A stretch of 64,000 bases of DNA, taken from positions 96,001-160,000 of the forward strand of contig RDOC01000001.1 of the NCBI GenBank assembly GCA_011364985.1. Reading direction: 5' to 3'. A model generated the notes under the pieces. The model had not been told where the DNA came from and did no database searches. It was given only the letters and a program-made list of their open reading frames with translations. Positions within the stretch are counted from its first letter, which is position 1. Each line of letters starts with the position of its first letter. This stretch comes from Candidatus Thorarchaeota archaeon (GTDB lineage Archaea > Asgardarchaeota > Thorarchaeia > Thorarchaeales > Thorarchaeaceae). Of the stretch, positions 57,910-64,000 are shown piece by piece. The translations under genes were made by a program, and so were the position numbers.

Positions 57910-60843
57910 ATGAAAGAGAATGAGATTGAATCAATTCTAATTAGCGAGACTCACTGGGACCGCGCGTGGTACTTGACTTTCCAACAATTCAGAATGAAGC
58001 TAGTGAAACTCGTTGACATGCTCTTGGATATTCTCGAAACGGATCCAGAGTTCAGGACCTTCACCTTTGATGGTCAGACTGTGGTTCTTGAAGATTATCT
58101 TGAGGTCAAGCCAGACCAGAGAGAGAGAATCAAGAAACTTGTTCAGAAGGGCCGCATTGACATTGGACCATTCTACGTCCTTCCTGATGTCTTTCTGGTT
58201 TCTGGTGAAGCGTTGATTCGCAACTTGCTTATTGGCAGGAGACTTGCACAGGAGTTTGGTCGAATCATGGATGTTGGGTACATTCCTGACCCATTTGGAC
58301 TTGTAAGCCAGATACCACAAATCCTGTCGCAATTTGGATACGATTCAGTCGTCTTTGCACGGGGGACTGGCGAAGAGGTTGACAGGCTCAAATCAGAATT
58401 CATTTGGGAAGGCAGTGATGGTAGCGAGGTTCTAGCTCACTGGCTGCCCCTTTCATACGGCAACGCAGCCAATTTGCCCGAGGATATAGAAGATGCTGTC
58501 TTTACGTTGGAGGAAGTTCTCAAGCAGTTGCGAAAGTACACTCGAATCGGGACTCTTCTTCTAATGAATGGATCAGACCATTTGCTGCCGCAGCCACATG
58601 TTCCTGAGGTCATTAGGACATACAACAACAAACATGACAACAAGATTGTACTGGGAACGCTGCCGATGTTTGTTGAACGCATTCGGAAAGAACGAGATTC
58701 TCTACCTAGGTATAGAGGGGAGTTCAGGCAGTCCAAGCATCAGAATCTTCTCTCAGGCGTCTATTCCACAAGAGTTTACTTGAAGCAGATGAACGAACAT
58801 ACGCAGAGGAACCTTGAGAGGATTGTTGAGCCTTGGAACGTAGTAGCTAGCGTTCTTGGAGATCATTATCCGACCGATGAACTGCGGCTGGCTTGGAAAT
58901 ACCTTCTGAAAAATCATCCTCATGACGACATCTGTGGGTGCAGTATTGATGAGGTCCATGACGACATGGTTCAGAGAAGCAGATGGATTCGAGAGATTGC
59001 GGAGTCCATCTTGGACTCTGCAGAGAGAACTATCTTGGAGCGATTCACCAACGAGAAGCCGGGTGTTTTGCTGCTCAATTCATCACCAACTACAAGAAAT
59101 GGAATAGCCTTCCTGAGGATACCTACATCAGATTTTAGATATTCACGTCTTTCAATTAATCTAGCAGATCCAGACCTTGTTACTGATGATCCGTTGGAGG
59201 CAGCAAAAAACGATGTACACATAGCCTTTGTGAGGACGGTGGGATTTGACCCATCGCCAACGTCCATCAGAACAATTACAGTCGGAGGAGAAGAGCTAAA
59301 GGAGTACGAATTCGACTTCAGTCCTTTGATCTTGCTGTATCCTCAAATGAAGGAGCAGATTAAACATCTCTCAACAGCCTATAGAATCCGTGTTAACTCG
59401 CGAAACAGAATCGTTGAGGTATGGGCAAGAAAAGCCTATTCGGCTGATTTGATGTCAGGCATACCCGCATTTGTTAGCGTCGATGGTGACCGAATGCCCA
59501 GCCAATTACTTGAATTGGATATAGACGTTGATCCAAAATCGATACGAGTATCAGAAGAAGAAGAATATCTGACGATTGCCATTCAAGGAAACAACTTGCA
59601 AGGGATAGCAGCGAAACGGTTAGACCTAGAAGTAACTGACAAGGAGGCCGATATTGAGGTTGAGGGTGCTGTCATTTGCACAGAAACGACAATTGAGAAT
59701 AGTCTGGTGAGTGTGAAAATCGAAGAGGAGGGGACGGTTTCCTTGACCGACAAAAGAACTGGGGAGAAATACACGGGATTGCTTGTCTTCGAGGACTCTG
59801 AGGACGTAGGCGATGAATATGACTATTCGCCAGCCACAAACCATCAAGTGATTCGAACAACTGGAACGGATCTATCAGTAGAAGTCGGATACGCGGGGCC
59901 ACTTATAGGATCGCTAATAATCTCAGGCGAATTAGAGCTGCCAGCTCTAGCAAAGGAAGACCTTACCGGAAGATCTGAGGAGAATGTGTCATGCGACTTT
60001 GTGACCGAGATTACTCTTCATGCAAATAGTCCCACAATAAGAATTCAGACCGAGTTTGACAACTATGCCGAAGACCATAGATTGCGAGTCCTGTTCCCAA
60101 CGGGAACCGACGCAGAGGTAGTCCACGCAGACACTGCATTTGATATCCGAGAGAGGCCAGTTCGCCCAACCGTCAATGACGAGGGGTGGCATCAGCCAGT
60201 TGCTGCAACCTACCCTCTTCGAAGCTTTGTTCATCTATCTTCTGCGAAAAGAGGACTGACTGTATCAACTTCGGGGCTACTTGAGTTTGAAGTGCAACAA
60301 TCTGATGATGGAGAAACAATTGCGCTTACTCTGGTTCGATCAGTGGGTCAGCTATCTCGTGAGAAGCTGAAGACACGCCATGAAGGAGCAGGACCATTGC
60401 TGAAAACTCCAGGAGGACAATGCCAAGGAACCCTGCTCTTCGAGTATTCCATTACTCCAAAGAGCCCCAAGGAGGAGTGGGGTGATATCTTTCAGCACAC
60501 TGAAGAAGCTTTACTTCCGATAGTAGCGCATTTCATTCCGCCTGGGGAAACCAGACAAGTTCAGTATAACAGGAGCTTTGTTCAGATTGACTCACGCCAC
60601 ATCAAGCTGTCAGCCTTCAAATCATCCGAAGATGGAAAGCATCTTGTCCTTAGGGTATGGAACACCTCTGAGAGCAGCAAGAAATGTCAAATCAATCTGG
60701 GATTTGCATTGAGTAAGGCCATAGGCGCACGAGCTGATGAAATCCCAGATGATACTTTGCAGGTCACTCTAAAAGAGGGGAACATACTGGAAGCGGAATT
60801 ACCTGGACGACGAATTGCCACCTTTTTATTGGAACCGGAATAG
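57910..60843 (+). CDS. Glycoside hydrolase family 38 (alpha-mannosidase/mannosylglycerate hydrolase-like)
   Basis: THWDRAWY, DGQT, YIPDPFG, NGSDH, HPHDDICGCS. Confidence 0.92.
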   Translation: MKENEIESILISETHWDRAWYLTFQQFRMKLVKLVDMLLDILETDPEFRTFTFDGQTVVLEDYLEVKPDQRERIKKLVQKGRIDIGPFYVLPDVFLVSGEALIRNLLIGRRLAQEFGRIMDVGYIPDPFGLVSQIPQILSQFGYDSVVFARGTGEEVDRLKSEFIWEGSDGSEVLAHWLPLSYGNAANLPEDIEDAVFTLEEVLKQLRKYTRIGTLLLMNGSDHLLPQPHVPEVIRTYNNKHDNKIVLGTLPMFVERIRKERDSLPRYRGEFRQSKHQNLLSGVYSTRVYLKQMNEHTQRNLERIVEPWNVVASVLGDHYPTDELRLAWKYLLKNHPHDDICGCSIDEVHDDMVQRSRWIREIAESILDSAERTILERFTNEKPGVLLLNSSPTTRNGIAFLRIPTSDFRYSRLSINLADPDLVTDDPLEAAKNDVHIAFVRTVGFDPSPTSIRTITVGGEELKEYEFDFSPLILLYPQMKEQIKHLSTAYRIRVNSRNRIVEVWARKAYSADLMSGIPAFVSVDGDRMPSQLLELDIDVDPKSIRVSEEEEYLTIAIQGNNLQGIAAKRLDLEVTDKEADIEVEGAVICTETTIENSLVSVKIEEEGTVSLTDKRTGEKYTGLLVFEDSEDVGDEYDYSPATNHQVIRTTGTDLSVEVGYAGPLIGSLIISGELELPALAKEDLTGRSEENVSCDFVTEITLHANSPTIRIQTEFDNYAEDHRLRVLFPTGTDAEVVHADTAFDIRERPVRPTVNDEGWHQPVAATYPLRSFVHLSSAKRGLTVSTSGLLEFEVQQSDDGETIALTLVRSVGQLSREKLKTRHEGAGPLLKTPGGQCQGTLLFEYSITPKSPKEEWGDIFQHTEEALLPIVAHFIPPGETRQVQYNRSFVQIDSRHIKLSAFKSSEDGKHLVLRVWNTSESSKKCQINLGFALSKAIGARADEIPDDTLQVTLKEGNILEAELPGRRIATFLLEPE

Positions 60844-60969
60844 GACTTGATTGCAGTACCAAAGGATGGCAATGTACCTGGACCGATGTATGAGAGAACG
60901 AGGTCTCGGCTGGAAAGTCTCAAGCCTGCGATAGAGCAATAAGATGGTCTGTATTCATGAAGTTTCGTT

Positions 60970-61722
60970 ATGGTTTACCCAGAGGAGGACCCAGAGCATT
61001 TTGTCAGGACATTTGCTCCAATTCTTCACTTCCATCCTAAGGAAGGCAATTACTGCTGCTTTCCATCCGATGCAGAAGCGGTCTTTGAACGCCACTCCAA
61101 GGACTGGAGCGGATTCGGAAAAACCCTCCAGCCCAAAAAGCTTCAGCAGGATACGCCATGTTACTATGAAATATGGGATGGCCCCGACATGACGCAGATG
61201 AAGTTCTGGTTCTGGTACAACTACAACAAATTCCCAAAGGCACCTCTTGGATTGGGGCAGCATATTGGTGATTGGGAACATATTGAGGTAAGACATTACC
61301 CACTGGGTTCGAAAACGCCAGGAACGATATGGTTAGTTTCAAATCATCTGAAGGCAATATTGGGATCTCATCCAGGCCATTTCATCCTCCAAGGATTTAT
61401 GCCACAACCAGTTACACTGGCAGATCTTCATATTCATGTTTGGGTTGCACTGGGGTCTCATGCCAGCTACTTATCACCCGATGATAAGACGAGGAGATTC
61501 CTCGGATTTTGGCGAGATGAAACAGAAGATGGAGGTCCCATTTGGGAGACCGAAGAGAATCTGAAAGGGCTTGGTGATACAAATTTTGGCAGGTTTGAGG
61601 GCAGGTGGGGAAACAAAAGATCTCCCAGAAGTCCAAGAAATCCCTACAATTGTCGGGAGAGAAACGCTCCCCTGCTCAAGCCAACTCCTGTAAACGAGAA
61701 TCAAAATGGCCTCAGCTCATGA
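60970..61722 (+). CDS. Vps62-like protein
   Basis: FAPILHFHPKE..FPS, FWFWYNYN..HIGDWEHI, VALGSHASY, FEGRWG. Confidence 0.75.
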   Translation: MVYPEEDPEHFVRTFAPILHFHPKEGNYCCFPSDAEAVFERHSKDWSGFGKTLQPKKLQQDTPCYYEIWDGPDMTQMKFWFWYNYNKFPKAPLGLGQHIGDWEHIEVRHYPLGSKTPGTIWLVSNHLKAILGSHPGHFILQGFMPQPVTLADLHIHVWVALGSHASYLSPDDKTRRFLGFWRDETEDGGPIWETEENLKGLGDTNFGRFEGRWGNKRSPRSPRNPYNCRERNAPLLKPTPVNENQNGLSS

Positions 61723-62809
61723 AATGAATCGCTTCATTGAATTGCTTAGAGTACTCGATAAGGCTCTCAGCAGTCTTTGCATCAAGAGGAATCCCTTCCC
61801 TTGTGCGCAAGTCATGCATCTCGTACTCCTTTTCTCCATGAACATAGATTCTTGAACAGCCCTCCGCCCTATTACATGTGTGAAGGAGGTCGATATAGTC
61901 GTCCATCCTCCTTTTGAATACATCAAGCTCCGTGAAAAACGCAGGATCTAGCGCCATGAAAAAGTGACCAACTCTAGGATGATTCATCTTCCCATCTTTA
62001 GTGGCTATGATGTCAGGACCGAAATTTGAGCCGGAAAGAACTCCACTCAGCACATCCACCATGAGTGACAGCCCATACCCCTTGTGTCCTCCATGGGTTT
62101 CTCCCTCTCCGCCCAATGGTAGAATGCCTCCGGCGTATCCGTAAAGTACATTCTCAAGCACTCTTGCTGGATCATCTGTGCTTGTTCCTCTCTCATCAGT
62201 TGCCCACCCTGGTGGAATCCTTTTACCAAGCCGCTCATAGACCTCGAGTTTTCCTCTTGGTACAACACTGGTTGCAAGGTCCATGACCCAAGGCCTATTC
62301 TTGGAGGTGGGCGCTGCAATAGAGATTGGATTTGTACCTAGAATTGCATTCCTTGCAAAAGTCGGTACTACTAGAGGTTCAGAATTGGTGAGGGAGATCC
62401 CGATGAGATTGTGTTCCAGTGCTCTCATTGCGTAGTATCCTGCAAAACCATAGTGGTTTGAATTGAAGACAGTCACTAGACCGATGCCTTCGCTTTGAGC
62501 CTTCTCAATTGCCATGTCCATTCCAAAGACACCTGCAGGTTGGCCAACTCCGTCTCGAGCATCGACATTGCCAAGGACGCTATTTTCTCTGACTATCTTT
62601 GGAGAAACATCCGGAACAATATACCCGCGTCGGATTCCTTCAACATAGCGCTTGACTCTTCCAACACCATGCGAGTCAATCCCACGCAGATTGGCAGTGA
62701 CGAGATTGTCAGCAATGTAGTGTGCCCCTACGTCAGAAACCTGACACCTCATCATTAAACGTTTGACAAAATCGTATAGGTCCTCCGCCTTTATCACTTG
62801 GTCAGACAT
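61712..62809 (-). CDS. Ldh_2-family (malate/L-lactate/sulfolactate) dehydrogenase
   Basis: GIDSHG, NSNHYG, GTNPI, DLATS, HKGYGL. Confidence 0.92.
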   Translation of the reverse strand: MSDQVIKAEDLYDFVKRLMMRCQVSDVGAHYIADNLVTANLRGIDSHGVGRVKRYVEGIRRGYIVPDVSPKIVRENSVLGNVDARDGVGQPAGVFGMDMAIEKAQSEGIGLVTVFNSNHYGFAGYYAMRALEHNLIGISLTNSEPLVVPTFARNAILGTNPISIAAPTSKNRPWVMDLATSVVPRGKLEVYERLGKRIPPGWATDERGTSTDDPARVLENVLYGYAGGILPLGGEGETHGGHKGYGLSLMVDVLSGVLSGSNFGPDIIATKDGKMNHPRVGHFFMALDPAFFTELDVFKRRMDDYIDLLHTCNRAEGCSRIYVHGEKEYEMHDLRTREGIPLDAKTAESLIEYSKQFNEAIHFMS

Positions 62810-62874
62810 TCTTCGATCTCCAACACTGTAAACAAGAAGCGTTCCTGATAAAGGGGTCGACCGTTTCATCGCCT

Positions 62875-63399
62875 CTATGTTTCATTAGAACTCGAACGTC
62901 TGGTCCAAGGCGTACGACAAGGAATCCATCTCGGCACATTCTGCATGTACTCCAAGTACTCATCGCCAAATCTTGCTACGAAATCAGACTCCTCTGATTT
63001 TATCAAATAGATGTGATTTCCCACAAAGAAGAGTAGAAACCAGAGCAACAAGTGAGGAGAGAGAAAGTATATCGATTCTCCGACGATGACCAAGAGAACG
63101 CCCCAAGTCATTGGATTTCTAACATATCTGTACATTCCTGCGATGACTAGCTTCTTGGTCGGAGACCATGGAGCAAGAGTTCCTTTTCCAATTTCTGAGA
63201 AATCCATGATGCATAGTATCAAAATGATGGAACCTACGATGATGACTGAAAGCCCAGCTTCAGAATAGATGGAAAACACATAGTAAGGATCACGGGGGAA
63301 TCCGCCAGTTAGCCAAAGGACTATTCCAGGGATTAGAATAAGAACAGCAATTGGCAGGCAAAATGATCCAAGTTATTCATATCGTGGAGGAAATGCCAA
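62875..63399 (-). pseudogene. Isoprenylcysteine/phospholipid methyltransferase (ICMT/PEMT) family, TAA at codon 9
   Basis: GKGTLAPW..LVIAGMYRYVRNPM..EE..FGDEY..VPRW; frame from TTG 63399 reads MAFPPRYE*LGSFCLP. Confidence 0.65.
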
Positions 63400-63406
63400 C
63401 CTGCAG

Positions 63407-64000
63407 TCACTCCTCATCAACTGAAATGTATCCCTTCTTCATCACCGTGTCAACGGCAGCCTTGGATGGTTCTGGGTAATCCCTGTTGTAGTGAGCACCT
63501 CGACTCTCCTTTCTCATCCGGGCCATTTTGATGATGAGTTCGGCCACGGTGGCAATGTTCCGAAGCTCGATCAAGTCAGGAGTGATGATAAAGTCCCAGT
63601 AGAACGACTCGATCTCTCTAGCAAGGAAGCCAATTCTATTCCGTGCTCGTATCAATCGCTTGTTTGTCCGAACGATGCCAACATAGTTGACCATCAAACG
63701 GCGCACTTCGTCCCACATATGAGAAATGACCACGAGCTCATCAGGATCGGTTGCTTCGCCTGGATCCCAAGGAGGCATGCTATGGACTTCGATGCCCCGC
63801 TGCAAGTCATCGCTCACAGCCGCAGCTGTATTATGAGCCATGACAACTCCTTCCAATAGGGAATTGGATGCAAGACGGTTGGCGCCGTGAAAACCGGTGC
63901 CGGCACACTCTCCAATGGCATAGAGACCCCTCACATCGGTTTTTCCATTAATATCGGTCTTCACCCCTCCACACACATAGTGAACACCAGGTACAACTGG
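63407..64000 (-). CDS. nadB: L-aspartate oxidase, C-terminal part (partial)
   Basis: HYVCGG, GLYAIGECAGTGFHGANRLASNSLLE, RKESRGAHY. Confidence 0.9.
   Translation of the reverse strand, partial: PVVPGVHYVCGGVKTDINGKTDVRGLYAIGECAGTGFHGANRLASNSLLEGVVMAHNTAAAVSDDLQRGIEVHSMPPWDPGEATDPDELVVISHMWDEVRRLMVNYVGIVRTNKRLIRARNRIGFLAREIESFYWDFIITPDLIELRNIATVAELIIKMARMRKESRGAHYNRDYPEPSKAAVDTVMKKGYISVDEE

Noticed and set aside
1433-63399. TAA recoding suggested by two genes with early in-frame TAA
   Set aside because: TAA terminates many intact genes in this window (e.g. porA, the GGR gene); point mutation is the simpler explanation
1-64000. CRISPR arrays, rRNA, complete tRNAs, transposases/integrases; the many short antisense ORFs in the track
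   Set aside because: None recognised by eye; the short ORFs are shadows of well-supported genes

Overview
Archaeal chromosomal DNA, most consistent with an Asgard archaeon (Thorarchaeia-like). This is inferred from eukaryotic-signature proteins (two gelsolin-domain proteins, a longin-domain protein, a Rab-like GTPase fusion, a Vps62-like protein), archaeal POR/IOR operons, TATA-like promoters and GGAGG/GGTGA-TTG starts. The window carries central-metabolism genes: the end of a 2-oxoacid dehydrogenase operon, lplA, iorAB, porCD and porAB, galT-galK-GH38, an Ldh2-family enzyme, nadB, an ABC transporter and a NifS-SelD fusion. A roughly 15-kb block of two-component genes and decayed genes sits between porD and porA. 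The main finding is a 32-nt insertion (42556-42587) that interrupts porA inside its conserved YPITPQT motif and folds into a canonical bulge-helix-bulge (BHB). Cutting at the standard endonuclease positions restores the reading frame exactly, so this is a candidate tRNA-endonuclease-type mRNA intron in a core metabolic gene. Other highlights are a BBS2/FG-GAP-like propeller-Ig-Rab fusion, an NPRL2-like longin/winged-helix protein, and a candidate structured ncRNA divergent from three tandem TrmB-like regulators. All calls come from manual motif recognition; no searches were run.
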